DNA from: an uncultured Heliobacteriaceae bacterium
GTDB lineage: Bacteria > Acidobacteriota > Blastocatellia > RBC074
Assembly (NCBI GenBank): GCA_964563495.1
Contig: CAZLYK010000006.1
Location: forward strand, 5,900-69,899
Reading direction: 5' to 3'
DNA: 64,000 bases
The position numbers and the translations under genes are program-made. How positions within the stretch are numbered: position 1 is the stretch's first letter; each line of letters opens with the position of its first letter. Under the pieces are notes generated by a model. It saw nothing but the letters and a program-made list of their open reading frames with translations. It made no database searches and had not been told where the DNA came from. Below are positions 9,490 to 20,849 of the stretch, one piece after another.

Positions 9490-11718
9490 TCAGGGTTCCA
9501 GGGTGAAAGAGGTCGATCGGGTGACCGTCCCCTTCGCATCGCTGATGTGAATCTTGAGCTCGAATTTGCCCGGATTGAGGCTCTCCAGCGGCAGGGCGCT
9601 CGCATACTGAATCCGCCCCTTGTTGTCCGGCGGGCCGAGTTTCAACGGCGCCCTGGCGATTGTCTTGCCGCTCTGGATCAACTCGAGGATGAGACCGGGC
9701 GTCTCCGAAGACCCGCGAGCGGGATAGACGATGAAGTAGAAACCCATCTGTTTGCCCGATTTGTGAACCGGTTCGCCGAGGTTCGGGTAGACCAGAACTT
9801 CACCTATCTGGAATGGGCCGTCCGATTTTTCTTTCACCTGCTCGACGCGTTGAATGATGGCGATGCTGCTCAGGCGCAGGCTGTTTTCGTCGGTCCCCGG
9901 TATTTCGATGGTGTTCATGCCGACCGATGCCTTGTTGTTCAAGGCATCGTAAGCGACTGCTTCGAGGTCGTATTTGCCCGCGGGCAGATTGGTTTCGCGA
10001 TAGAAGAGGATCGTTCCTTTTTTGGCGGAATTGATCGAATCCAGCGGGCCGAGCAGCACATAGTGGTAACTCAGCTTATCGACGACCTGTTTCGATTGAT
10101 CCTTGACCAGTACGACAATGCTGAAATCGGTCGAATAGACCTTCTTTTCCGTGTCGGGGGCAAAAGTGAAGGCGGAGGCAGGCATCTCGACCTCAACCGC
10201 GATTCGCCCGGGCCGATCGGTTTCAGGGAAGTGCAGGCTGTTGATGAGCAGCGGAAAATCCTTCGGTTTCGAGGGATTATTGAGCGCCGCCAGCGGCAGG
10301 GCCTCGTAATAAAAAAGCGGAGAGGACCCGGTCGAGCTGACGGCATAATAGCCCTTGCGGGCCTGAACATCGAGGCCCGGCTTTTTCAATTTGACCGAGA
10401 TGGTTCTGAACTTGCCGTCAAAAGATTCGTTCGACGGGGTATATGTCAGCAGGTAATAGCTGTTGAGGTCCTCATCGATCTCTTTGAGCTTGGGCCCGAT
10501 CAGATTGGTGTTGCCGATAAATGCGCCCCCGGTTTCGATGGCGAGCTGGGTCAGCCCGCTTTGAGGATTGAGGGTGAGCAGGTCTTCATTGCGTTCGAGA
10601 CCGACGGTCAACGGGCCCGATGTGTCGCTCATGGCCTTGTCCAGGTTATCCATGCGGCGGCGTGAGCGGGCATTGATCTCGTCACGGGCTCCCTGGAGGA
10701 GGCTTTCGGTGCGAAGTCCCGCGGCGTCGATCGAATAAACGCTGACGTTGGCCCGGTTGGCGGAATTGATCACCGAGCGGAAATGCTGGCGCACATTTGG
10801 CGGCAGGGCCATGCCTTCTGAAAAGAAGATGACGGCCTTGCGTCCGGGCAATCTTCGCATCGAGTTGACGAGCGCCAGCAGGCCGTTGGTCGTCGCATAG
10901 CCCTGCTGGTCCCTCTGCAGTTGTTCAAATGTCTCCTGTGTCCGTTGCTGCAACGTGTCGAACAGCCGGTCAACGTCCGCCATTCCCGCGGCAGACCCGG
11001 CAGCCGCTGCCGCGGGGCCACCACCGGCAGCGGCGGTCGCGGCTGAACTTGCAGCCGCTGCCTGGCGCGTGGCGGCGGCTTCCTGTGCGCCCGGACGCAT
11101 GACGTTGCTGTCAAACGTGGAAGAGGCAAGCATCCCCGCCTTTTCAATCCCCTTCTTAACCAGGTTGATGTCGGTGGTGTAGTTTTGAACCGTATTGAGC
11201 GAGAGGTTGATGGCGAATACGCCGACGAAACCACTGAGCTGCGTGCTCTCGCCGAGATAACTCATGGCCGAATCAAAAGCGCGTTTGCGCGCATCCTGCG
11301 ATAACCGGTCAAAGACCAGAGCGACCACGTTGACGCCGACATCGGGATCGGGCCGTCTTTCGACGGGTGTCAGACCGCCGGTCGCCGTGGCAGGGGTGGC
11401 AGGGGTGGCGGGGGTGGCGGGGGTCGCCGCCGGTTCGCCGTCCTGCCTGATTGCCGCAGTCTGCCGGTTGACCAGTTTGAAAGATTCTAGATTTTGTTTG
11501 ACCCCGTCTTCAAAGACTTCGAAATCATCGGGGGACAAATCCCTGACCGCCTGGCCCTTCTTGTTTTTGACCACAACATCGAGCAGGACCTCGGTCGAAC
11601 TGATCCGAATCTTCTGTTGATCCTGGCCTGCCGGACGCGATGGCGTCTGTGCCGAGAGAGAGACCACCGGCGAAGCGACCAGAACCATGATAAGCAAAAT
11701 ACGCATTCCGGGTTTCAT
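9490..11718 (-). CDS. VWFA-domain protein of the Acidobacterial TIGR03436-like type (secreted)
   Basis: Probable start MKPGMRILLIMVLVASPVVSLSA. IRISSTEVLLDVVVKNKKGQAVRDLSPDDFEVFEDGVKQ signature shared with 13194..14294. Its stop lies 1 nt from the start of 7224..9488 (operon). Confidence 0.7.
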   Translation of the reverse strand: MKPGMRILLIMVLVASPVVSLSAQTPSRPAGQDQQKIRISSTEVLLDVVVKNKKGQAVRDLSPDDFEVFEDGVKQNLESFKLVNRQTAAIRQDGEPAATPATPATPATPATATGGLTPVERRPDPDVGVNVVALVFDRLSQDARKRAFDSAMSYLGESTQLSGFVGVFAINLSLNTVQNYTTDINLVKKGIEKAGMLASSTFDSNVMRPGAQEAAATRQAAAASSAATAAAGGGPAAAAAGSAAGMADVDRLFDTLQQRTQETFEQLQRDQQGYATTNGLLALVNSMRRLPGRKAVIFFSEGMALPPNVRQHFRSVINSANRANVSVYSIDAAGLRTESLLQGARDEINARSRRRMDNLDKAMSDTSGPLTVGLERNEDLLTLNPQSGLTQLAIETGGAFIGNTNLIGPKLKEIDEDLNSYYLLTYTPSNESFDGKFRTISVKLKKPGLDVQARKGYYAVSSTGSSPLFYYEALPLAALNNPSKPKDFPLLINSLHFPETDRPGRIAVEVEMPASAFTFAPDTEKKVYSTDFSIVVLVKDQSKQVVDKLSYHYVLLGPLDSINSAKKGTILFYRETNLPAGKYDLEAVAYDALNNKASVGMNTIEIPGTDENSLRLSSIAIIQRVEQVKEKSDGPFQIGEVLVYPNLGEPVHKSGKQMGFYFIVYPARGSSETPGLILELIQSGKTIARAPLKLGPPDNKGRIQYASALPLESLNPGKFELKIHISDAKGTVTRSTSFTLEP

Positions 11719-11795
11719 GAATTTTTCTCCCACAGAAGACTTAAATCGACAGGATGGACGAGATTCTTTCAGGATTGACGAAACAGACGATAACC

Positions 11796-12209
11796 TTAAC
11801 TTCCCAGGGTTTGATCGATTTCCGATTGCAAATCTTCGTTGGCCTTGACCGGTCGAGAATAATACCACCAGTTGGCCTCGGCCGACCACCCCTCCTCCTC
11901 TGCGACTTCATCGCTCCAGAGGCACCGGCTCGTCGAGGTGACTAAAGATTTCATGGCCCGGTCGGCCTGGCGGATTCTTTGATCATACTCCTCGCGCTGT
12001 TCATCGGTCGCCACGGCCAGCGCCTCTTCGAGTAATTGGCGGGCGTCCAGATCGTTCAAATAATCATCGAGTCCGAGCAAATAGCCGTCTTTGACCGTCT
12101 CGACGATTCCCTCCCAGTTTTCGACCAGGCCCGCTAACCCACGCCTGATCAAGTGATCGCCGCAGCCCGTTTCCTGTAAGTATTCGCGTACCGGATCTTT
12201 CTCACTCAT
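11796..12209 (-). CDS. Hypothetical acidic protein (137 aa)
   Basis: ORF only. No recognizable motif. Sits between a terminator hairpin and the VWFA gene. Confidence 0.4.
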   Translation of the reverse strand: MSEKDPVREYLQETGCGDHLIRRGLAGLVENWEGIVETVKDGYLLGLDDYLNDLDARQLLEEALAVATDEQREEYDQRIRQADRAMKSLVTSTSRCLWSDEVAEEEGWSAEANWWYYSRPVKANEDLQSEIDQTLGS

Positions 12210-12256
12210 TTGTTCGACCTCACAATTCTATCTTGGGTTGCGCCGGCTTTGCCGCC

Positions 12257-12300
12257 AAAAACGAAGACGAGTGACAAATCATTATTTGTCACTCGTCAAC
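12257..12300 (-). terminator. Intrinsic terminator (14-bp perfect stem GACGAGTGACAAAT/ATTTGTCACTCGTC plus T-tract on the minus strand)
   Basis: Hairpin at 12270-12300. On the minus strand it is followed by TTCGTTTTTGG. Confidence 0.6.
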
Positions 12301-12324
12301 TGTCAATTTTACCTTGACCGGTAA

Positions 12325-13143
12325 CTATTGTGAAAGCGAGAAATTGCTCAAACCGGCGAAGGGGCTGGTGGCCTCAGCCGGCGGCAATTGATCGACCTTC
12401 TCAGGTGCCAGGACCGCCAGGCGGTTGACCGAGGTCGTGCCGATGGTGGAGCCGCGCCAATCCTTTTGATTGGCGATTGAGAAGTAGAGATCGGCGGCCT
12501 CTTTCTCTTTGCCCATCGCTTCATAAACACGCGCCGTGTTGAAGTCGATCAGCTGAACCGGAACGTTGTAAGGCTTCGCCTTCAATTTTTGATACTCGGC
12601 GACCGCTTCAGGGAATCTGCCTGTCGCTTCATATCGCTGGGCGAGAGCCAGGCGGGACTGAGCCCCAACCTCTGAATCCTTTTGCGAGAGATCCTTCAAA
12701 GTCGCCTCGGCTTTTTCCGGCTCGAAGAAGATCTGATGGGTGGCGCCGAAATATCGTGCGATCTCCCGGTTGGATGAGTAATCGCGTGCGGTCTTTTCGA
12801 AGGCCTCGAAAGCCTTGTGGTGCTTCTCATCCTGAGTGGTGAAGGCATATCCGGTCGTCCCCGGGGGAATCGGGTTGGCGACGGTCGCGTTGTGATACCG
12901 GAAGGCCTCTGCCAGTGATTCGGCCGCATTGGTAGACCGCTTGGAAATGTACCACCAGCCGCCCAAAACCAGCGCCAAAACCGCCGCTCCAACCGCCAGC
13001 CAGGTCCGGATCGGGCGCGAACGATCCTTCACCCAGGAGGTTGTCTGGATGTATTGCTCCATCAATGGATCGCGCTTTAATTGCTGCGCGGAAACTCGCC
13101 CTTTAGCCACTGTCGTGCTCCTTAAATGATAAATTCGGGGCAA
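12325..13143 (-). CDS. Membrane-anchored hypothetical protein with TPR-like C-terminal region
   Basis: One predicted TM segment ([19 protein letters not shown]). The real start may be the internal Met (MEQYIQ...). Confidence 0.5.
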   Translation of the reverse strand: MPRIYHLRSTTVAKGRVSAQQLKRDPLMEQYIQTTSWVKDRSRPIRTWLAVGAAVLALVLGGWWYISKRSTNAAESLAEAFRYHNATVANPIPPGTTGYAFTTQDEKHHKAFEAFEKTARDYSSNREIARYFGATHQIFFEPEKAEATLKDLSQKDSEVGAQSRLALAQRYEATGRFPEAVAEYQKLKAKPYNVPVQLIDFNTARVYEAMGKEKEAADLYFSIANQKDWRGSTIGTTSVNRLAVLAPEKVDQLPPAEATSPFAGLSNFSLSQ

Positions 13144-13193
13144 TTAGCAAGCCTCAAACATAGCGGCCGGGCCGATCGCTTGTCAAGCAGTAT

Positions 13194-14294
<1,101 letters not shown>

Positions 14295-14407
14295 GCCGTA
14301 CTTCCTTTACACCGGGGTAGGTTCGAGTATAGCGGAAGATAAAATCTGGGCAAAGCTTGACACGTTTCCGGGGCGCTTGTAAGATGGCTCTTCGCTCGAA
14401 AGGGTTC

Positions 14408-14487
<80 letters not shown>

Positions 14488-14534
14488 ATGATGAAGTCTC
14501 AGACGATCGTGAAATTTCAGGTTTGGGATTTGAA

Positions 14535-14616
<82 letters not shown>

Positions 14617-14624
14617 TTGAAGAT

Positions 14625-14728
14625 AATAGACAGGATTGACAAGATTTTCACAGGATTAAACAGGCTGTTTACTGCCTGGTCTTTGATCCTGTTTAATCCT
14701 GTGAAAATCTTGTCAATCCTGTCTATTT
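14625..14728. repeat. Full palindromic element E5 immediately 3' of tRNA-Asp
   Basis: AATAGACAGGATTGACAAGATTTTCACAGGATTAAACAGG ... CCTGTTTAATCCTGTGAAAATCTTGTCAATCCTGTCTATT. Arms about 45 nt. 8 nt after the tRNA CCA. Confidence 0.85.
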
Positions 14729-14808
14729 TACAATCCAGAGATACGCACGAGCCGCTTCCCGGGTGAAGCGGCTTTTCTGTCTTCAGCATTCCTGACCAGA
14801 GAACTTTT

Positions 14809-16032
14809 ATGCTTCGCATCGAAGATGCGCTCAAGATCATTCTCGACCATACTCCGCTGCTCAGGCAGGAGGAAGTTTCGTTATCTGATTCGATCGGCCG
14901 CGTCCTGGGGCGCGAGGTCGTCTCGGATCTGGATCTGCCGCCGTTTGATCGAGCCCGGATGGATGGTTACGCAGTGCGGGCGGCGGATACACTCGGGGCC
15001 ACGCCGGGTCGCCCGGCAAGGTTGCGAGAGATAGGCGAGGCCACGGCGGGGAGCGGGTTCAATGGGTTGGTCGGTCCGGGCGAGGCGGTGCGGATAATGA
15101 CTGGCGCTCCGGTTCCCGAGGGAGCCGATGCGGTTCAGAGGATCGAGGTGATCCAGGATTCGAGGGACTCGCACGGCAGATGGATCGAGGTCGAAGAAGA
15201 GGTCAGGCCGGGTCAGTTCATCACACCGCGCGCCGCAGAGGCCGGGGCCGGTCAGGTCATGGTGAGAGCCGGAGAAATTATTACTCCTGCGGTGTCGGCG
15301 GTTCTCGCCAGTTTCGGCCAGGCTCGGGTGACTGTTTCACGGCGTCCGAGATTGACGCTGATCTCGACCGGCAGCGAGCTGGTCGAGGTGGAACGTCAGC
15401 CGGGCCCGTCGCAGATTCGCAATTCGAACACCTATTCGCTGGCGGGTTATGCTCGCCGGGCCGGCGCCGAAATCGCCGGCGCCGTGATTGTCCGCGATGA
15501 TTTTGAGGAGACGCGCCGTGTCATCGCCGGGGCTTTGGAGATGTCCGATCTGGTCATGCTCTCGGGCGGCGTTTCGATGGGGGATTACGATCTGGTCAAG
15601 CCCGCGCTGCGCGATCTGAGCGCCGAGCTGCTGGTCGAGAAGGTGGCCATGCACCCCGGAAAGCCGACGGTCTTTGCGAAGGTGGGTGACAAGGTAGTCT
15701 TCGGATTGCCGGGCAACCCGGTCTCGGTCGCGGTCTCGTTTCACCTTTTCGCCCGGGCGGCGCTGCTCCGGATGCAGGGCGCGACGGAGGTCAATCTTCC
15801 CCGGTTTCGGGCCTTCGCCTCGCAGACCGTCAAGGGGGCTCCACCGCGCCGCAGCCATCAACCCGCACGCCTGTTGGTCCGTGATGGTCGAGCCGAGGCC
15901 GAGCCGCTCAAATGGAGCGGATCATCGGATCTGGTCGCTTTCATGCGCGCGGATGGATTGATCGTCGTGCCCGAGGATCGCTCTTCGATCAATCAGGGTG
16001 AATTGGTTGAAGTGATCTCACTGCGTGATTAA
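14809..16032 (+). CDS. moeA: Molybdopterin molybdenumtransferase MoeA
   Basis: MoeA N-terminal signature ([34 protein letters not shown]). Length 407 aa. Confidence 0.85.
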   Translation: MLRIEDALKIILDHTPLLRQEEVSLSDSIGRVLGREVVSDLDLPPFDRARMDGYAVRAADTLGATPGRPARLREIGEATAGSGFNGLVGPGEAVRIMTGAPVPEGADAVQRIEVIQDSRDSHGRWIEVEEEVRPGQFITPRAAEAGAGQVMVRAGEIITPAVSAVLASFGQARVTVSRRPRLTLISTGSELVEVERQPGPSQIRNSNTYSLAGYARRAGAEIAGAVIVRDDFEETRRVIAGALEMSDLVMLSGGVSMGDYDLVKPALRDLSAELLVEKVAMHPGKPTVFAKVGDKVVFGLPGNPVSVAVSFHLFARAALLRMQGATEVNLPRFRAFASQTVKGAPPRRSHQPARLLVRDGRAEAEPLKWSGSSDLVAFMRADGLIVVPEDRSSINQGELVEVISLRD

Positions 16033-16120
16033 CCTAAATGTGACGGGTGACGAATGACAAGAGAGCCTGTCTATTTCTTCTCATTCAAGTGAAAATTGCA
16101 GTAAAGTCACTGCTATAACC

Positions 16121-16621
16121 ATGTCTGAAAAATCTGAAAAACCTCCAAAAGAACTTTCGCATCTGGACGCCGAAGGTCGCATCAACATGGTCGATGTCGG
16201 AGCCAAAGCCGTGACTGCCCGGATGGCGGAGGCAAGCGGTTTCGTCGCTCTCTCGCCCGAAACTGTCAGGGCGATTCGCGAACGGCGAACGCCGAAAGGC
16301 GATCCGCTCGAGACCGCGCGACTCGCCGGGATTATGGCGGCGAAGCGAACCGCGGAATTGATCCCCCTCTGCCATTCCCTCGCGCTTTCGCACGCCGATG
16401 TCCAGATCGAGCTTGAGGACGATGGGGCGAAGATTACGGCGACTGCTTCTACCAGTGCGCAGACCGGCGTCGAGATGGAAGCCTTGACGGCCGTCTCGGT
16501 CGCGGCGCTGACGATCTACGATATGTGCAAAGCGATCGATCGCCGAATGGAGATCACCGCCATCAGGCTCGAACGCAAGAGCGGAGGGCGTTCGGGCGAA
16601 TGGAGGAATCGACAGGATTGA
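16121..16621 (+). CDS. moaC: Cyclic pyranopterin monophosphate synthase MoaC; C-terminus -EWRNRQD* supplied by a repeat half-site
   Basis: MoaC core ([12 protein letters not shown]...[11 protein letters not shown]). Tail encoded by AATCGACAGGATTGA (16607-16621). Confidence 0.85.
   Translation: MSEKSEKPPKELSHLDAEGRINMVDVGAKAVTARMAEASGFVALSPETVRAIRERRTPKGDPLETARLAGIMAAKRTAELIPLCHSLALSHADVQIELEDDGAKITATASTSAQTGVEMEALTAVSVAALTIYDMCKAIDRRMEITAIRLERKSGGRSGEWRNRQD
16607..16621. repeat. Degenerate half-copy E6 (AATCGACAGGATTGA)
   Basis: One mismatch to the family terminus. Forms the NRQD-stop of moaC. Confidence 0.6.
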
Positions 16622-16640
16622 CCGGATCTTCTTAACTTTT

Positions 16641-17471
16641 ATGGAAATAAGCGCGGCCATGAAGAGACTGGAAGAGGCCTTAGCCGAGCACTACGGCTGG
16701 TCGGCCCATCCAGTGACGCGCGAGAAGGTCAACCAGGCGGTGGCGAGCAAGGCCGCCCGGTTGGGAATAGAGCCGCAGGAGTATTGCCGGATTGCCGCCG
16801 GCAGCCAGAGCGAACTGCTCGCCCTGGTCGAAGAGGCCTCGACCGGTCAAACCCACTTTTTCCGCGAGCCCGACCAATTCGCCTGCCTGCGCGCCAGAAT
16901 CCTACCCGAGCTGATCGCCGCCTCTCCAGGGAACGAGAAGGTCCGTTTATGGAGCACCGCCTGTTCGACCGGCGACGAAGCCTACTCGCTGGCCATCAGC
17001 TTCGACCAGGCCCGACCGGAAGAGAGCGAACGACAGGTCGAGGTCTTTGCCACGGACGTCCGCAACAGCGCGCTGCTGGCGGCCAGCCAGGCCCGCTATC
17101 GATCATCCGCGCTGGGCGAGCTTGATGGGCAGGTCAAGGCGAAATATTTCGAGACGGCCTGGGTGGCGGGTGAAGAACAATACACGCTGATTCCGGATAT
17201 CCGTCGCGTCGTCGTCTTCCGGCGTGTCAACCTGCTCGATCGATTGTTTTGGAAAGGCGTGGCGGGCAAGTTCGATCTGATCGTCTGCTCAAATCAACTG
17301 CTCTATCTGCACAGCACAGCGGCGCGGCAGATGGTGGGCAACCTGGTCAACTCGATTCGAGCCGGCGGCTATCTCATGGTTGCGCCGTCCGAGGTCGATC
17401 TGGTCAACTCTTCAGACCTCACACAACTGCCGGAATCCCCTACCTTCTTTCGAAGAAATAGACAGGATTGA
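16641..17471 (+). CDS. CheR-type protein-glutamate O-methyltransferase (orphan); C-terminus -RRNRQD*
   Basis: CheR signatures ([28 protein letters not shown]). No cheB or MCP nearby. Confidence 0.7.
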   Translation: MEISAAMKRLEEALAEHYGWSAHPVTREKVNQAVASKAARLGIEPQEYCRIAAGSQSELLALVEEASTGQTHFFREPDQFACLRARILPELIAASPGNEKVRLWSTACSTGDEAYSLAISFDQARPEESERQVEVFATDVRNSALLAASQARYRSSALGELDGQVKAKYFETAWVAGEEQYTLIPDIRRVVVFRRVNLLDRLFWKGVAGKFDLIVCSNQLLYLHSTAARQMVGNLVNSIRAGGYLMVAPSEVDLVNSSDLTQLPESPTFFRRNRQD

Positions 17472-17543
17472 CAGGATTTTTGCAGGATTTGACAAGATCA
17501 GGTCTTGTTCAATCCTGCAAAAATCCTGTCGATCCTCTCTATT
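17457..17543. repeat. Full palindromic element E7
   Basis: AATAGACAGGATTGACAGGATTTTTGCAGGATTTGACAAGAT ... TCTTGTTCAATCCTGCAAAAATCCTGTCGATCCTCTCTATT. The stop of the CheR gene lies inside it. Confidence 0.85.
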
Positions 17544-17545
17544 TT

Positions 17546-17806
17546 TTAGAGTTTCAGCGTTTGGAGGACGATCTCGAGCGAGCGGGCGGCGATATCGCGC
17601 GTGCGTTCGCTCCAGCCCATCTGCTCGCGGTTCTGTTCGTAATCACGACGGACGCGCTCTTTGAGCCGCTCGATGAACTCTTCCGGGTTGGGTGATTTCT
17701 CGATCGCGTGGTCGAGCTCGCGATAGGCGTTATGGATCGTGATCAACCAGTCAGAGGCGTGATATTCGGGCGTCCCTGGTTCAAAAGAGAATTTTGCGGT
17801 TGGCAT
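17546..17806 (-). CDS. Hypothetical small protein (86 aa)
   Basis: ORF only. Stop lies 2 nt past E7. Confidence 0.4.
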   Translation of the reverse strand: MPTAKFSFEPGTPEYHASDWLITIHNAYRELDHAIEKSPNPEEFIERLKERVRRDYEQNREQMGWSERTRDIAARSLEIVLQTLKL

Positions 17807-17842
17807 TTTTGTCGGCTCCGTATCAATTAGTGTATTAGAAAG

Positions 17843-18850
17843 TCAATCCCGTCGAGTGAGCAGCGTCCGGGCCATTTGGGCGTAGGTGTCGACGGCGTTC
17901 AACAAATCCGATTTACAAATAAATTCGTGTGCAGTGTGAGCATCGTGAATCGAACCGGGGCCGAAGAGGAGCGGCGTCCCCCAATTTGTCAGGCAGGGGA
18001 TATCCGTGCCGAAGCGGACGATGCTCTTTGGGATGTTCCCCATCTCTTTGACCGTATGCGTGCGGATCGGAGGGATCGAAAATCCCCGTTTGAGCGTGGC
18101 GCGCGCGCCGACCATGGCGGTTACCTGATCGAACAACTGATCAGGCTGGTTGACGGTGCGAAACATGACTTCAGCCGCGGCGAAATCCGGTATGACATTA
18201 GGTTTGCGGCCTCCGCTGATCGTCCCAATGTTGCATGTAGTCGGACCCAGTTCGGCGTCCTCAGGCCAGCTCGCCCGTCGAATATCGTCGAGGATATCGA
18301 TCAGTTTTTCGATCGCTGATTCACCCATCTCCGGATAAGCTGAATGGGCGGTGCGCCCTTTGGCCTCGATCACGATCCGCAGCGCGCCCTTGGTCGCGAT
18401 CGCCTGATGGCTCTCGGTCGGTTCGCCGTTGATCAGAAACCGGTTGCGGTTCGGCAGCAGGTTGGCCGCTTTGGCGCCGTCGCTGCCGTCCTCTTCTCCG
18501 ACCAGATAGAGCAATCCGATATTCCGCGCCCCCTCATCCTTCAATCTTCCGGCGGCGAACACCTGCGCGGCAATCACACCCTTGGCGTCACAAGCTCCGC
18601 GCCCGTATATCTTCTGCTCGTCCTCACTGAAGGGGATGAATGGCGGCACGGTATCGATATGCGATGAGAAGGTGACGAGCGGGTCGCCGAGGCGTGCGTA
18701 GACGTTGAGGCGGTCATCGCTCACCGTTTGTGTCGTGACCTCGAATCCGGCCGCGGACAGGTAATCGCGCAGCCAGCGCCCTGCGGCGCCCTCATTCCAG
18801 GAGATCGATTCTATCTCCATCAATTCACGCGTGAATTGAAAGATATCCAT
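17843..18850 (-). CDS. M20-family metallopeptidase, probable succinyl-diaminopimelate desuccinylase (DapE/ArgE-like)
   Basis: M20 motifs (HIDTVP, GRGACDAKG, LVGEEDG). Adjacent to dapD. C-terminus -TRRD* is encoded by CGACGGGATTGA, a degenerate repeat terminus. Confidence 0.65.
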   Translation of the reverse strand: MDIFQFTRELMEIESISWNEGAAGRWLRDYLSAAGFEVTTQTVSDDRLNVYARLGDPLVTFSSHIDTVPPFIPFSEDEQKIYGRGACDAKGVIAAQVFAAGRLKDEGARNIGLLYLVGEEDGSDGAKAANLLPNRNRFLINGEPTESHQAIATKGALRIVIEAKGRTAHSAYPEMGESAIEKLIDILDDIRRASWPEDAELGPTTCNIGTISGGRKPNVIPDFAAAEVMFRTVNQPDQLFDQVTAMVGARATLKRGFSIPPIRTHTVKEMGNIPKSIVRFGTDIPCLTNWGTPLLFGPGSIHDAHTAHEFICKSDLLNAVDTYAQMARTLLTRRD

Positions 18851-18923
18851 AAGTTTCAGGATTGCCGTTGGTCGGCATGCGAGCCGGGATTATAAGCCGC
18901 AGGCCGCGGAAACTCCAATCCAC

Positions 18924-19776
18924 TCACCGCAGGAATTCTTCCAGCTTGACCGAAGCCTCGGTCTTTTGATCCCGGTACTTGGTGATGATCGGGGTATAGA
19001 CCGACAATCCCCAATCCCTGGCCGCGCCGACGGTGACGGCGCGAGCGCCGGGAACGACGACCGCTCCCGCCGGAATTTCGAGCGGATTGTCCCCAATCCG
19101 CCGGTAGATTTCGCCGCGCGCCGCATCGTAGACCGGCGTCGACCCGGTCAGGACTACTCCTGAAGCCAGAATCGCGCCCTCACGTACGATCGCGCCCTCA
19201 TAGACGCCGCAGTTGCCGCCGACCAGCACTTCGTCCTCTATGATTACCGGCATCGCGCCGACCGGTTCGAGCACGCCGCCGATCTGAGCCGCGGCGCTGA
19301 TGTGGCAGCGTTTGCCGATCTGCGCGCACGAACCGATCAGAGCGTGCGAGTCGACCATCGTCCCGTCGCCGACATAGGCCCCGACATTGAGATAGGCCGG
19401 CGGCATAATCGTTACTCCCACTCCCAGGCAAACCCCATCGCGGACAGTCGTCCCACCGGGCACTATCCGCACACCATCGTCGATCGCCAGACGCCTGGTC
19501 GGATAGGTATCCTTATCAAAGAAACGGAAGTTATCGTCGATCGAATAATCGACCAGACCGCCGAGGCGAAAACCGAGCAGGATGCCGCGCTTGACCCATT
19601 GATTGACGCTCCACCGCCCGTCTTCCCGACGGCAGGCGGCGCGGACTTCGCCGCGATTGAGCGCAGCCTTGAATTCGTTGAATATCGCCAGCGCTTCCTG
19701 CCGCCGCTCGGCTGTCAATTCACTCGCCGAGAGGCCAAAGCAGGATTCAATTTGTGATTCGAGTTCGTTAGTCATG
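18924..19776 (-). CDS. dapD: Tetrahydrodipicolinate N-succinyltransferase DapD
   Basis: Left-handed beta-helix hexapeptide repeats (VGAYVGDGTMVDSHALIGSCAQIGKRCHISAAAQIGGVLEP). Probable start MTNELESQ. The ORF-track start 19805 (TTG) runs through repeat E8. Confidence 0.8.
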
Positions 19777-19816
19777 TCTTGTTCAATCCGGCAAAATCCT
19801 GTCAATCCTGTCTATT
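19777..19816. repeat. Right-arm-only element E8 (TCTTGTTCAATCCGGCAAAATCCTGTCAATCCTGTCTATTT)
   Basis: Sits between the esterase stop and the dapD start. Provides the NRQD-stop for the esterase gene. Confidence 0.75.
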
Positions 19817-20497
19817 TAATAGCCATTCGTTGATTAGCGGGTAAGCCTCGCGCGGGACTTCGTGCCCGGCGTCGAAGAGTCGAAATTCCACCGAGCCGGC
19901 ACGGCTTTTGAGGGCTTCGGCGTTTTGTCGCATGCGATCCGCAGTGTAGTACTCGTCGCGTTCGGCGGCGATGTAGAGGACGTCGATCGGCCCGGATTTA
20001 TATTTGTCTTCGCTCCCCCAATCGCTGGGAATACCGCCGCAGATTGCGACCACCCCGCGAACTTTACCGGGGCGGGTAAAAACGTAGCGAAAATTCACGC
20101 CGACGGCCTGTGAAAATCCGAGCAGAAACACTCTGCTCGTCTCGACCAGGCCGGATTTTTCCGCCGAGTCGATCACCTGATCGACGAATCGATGGTGTAA
20201 GGCGATCGAGTCTTCGGATTTGTAATCGCTCAACCAGCCGAATCCATAACCGAGTTTTCGCGATCCCGTCGTCGACATGACCAGATGCTGGTGCGGCCCC
20301 TGGAGGCTGGCGATGGCGAAATCACGTTCATTGATTCGGCGCACGAGCTTCATCATCGAACTCTTATCGCCGCCGTACCCGTGCATCGCGACGATCAGAG
20401 GCTTGGGCAGGGGCTGGCTCGTATCGCCCTCCGGCAGGTAGAGGTCGTAATAGCAGGGAAATTCCTGGACCAGGCGGTGCTCGGTGATTTCAGACAT
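19802..20497 (-). CDS. Alpha/beta-hydrolase (phospholipase/carboxylesterase family); C-terminus -LLNRQD*
   Basis: Esterase-type fold hints (VAMHGYGG, GFSQAVGV). 231 aa. Confidence 0.65.
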   Translation of the reverse strand: MSEITEHRLVQEFPCYYDLYLPEGDTSQPLPKPLIVAMHGYGGDKSSMMKLVRRINERDFAIASLQGPHQHLVMSTTGSRKLGYGFGWLSDYKSEDSIALHHRFVDQVIDSAEKSGLVETSRVFLLGFSQAVGVNFRYVFTRPGKVRGVVAICGGIPSDWGSEDKYKSGPIDVLYIAAERDEYYTADRMRQNAEALKSRAGSVEFRLFDAGHEVPREAYPLINEWLLNRQD

Positions 20498-20849
20498 TCG
20501 TCCCCCCCCTCCCTCGTATCATAACTGAGGGATGTCCGGGAGGCCAAACTGCTCTTGACTATTGGCTAAACCATTTGGATAATCTGGACCAGCCGACGAG
20601 AGTATTCCTATAAAAACGACAAGCCTTCTGTTATTTCGAGGCTTCCTCAGTTGGCTGTGTTTGGTCAATGCTGGGAAGAAGCTTAGACAATAATCTCCTA
20701 CCGAGTTAGTTATCAAAATTAATGGTTCAAGAGCGCTGAGTCGATCAGCGCCTGGGCTAAATCAAAGCTTCGGAAGACCAGGTTTTCCGGGTGATGGGGC
20801 CCGGCTCTGCAAACGTGTGTAGTATTCCACTGCAAAAGGAAGGGAAGAA

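Noticed and set aside
9439-10665. 408-aa plus-strand ORF antisense to the VWFA gene
   Set aside because: Antisense shadow ORF. The sense gene has a signal peptide and the TIGR03436-type signature.
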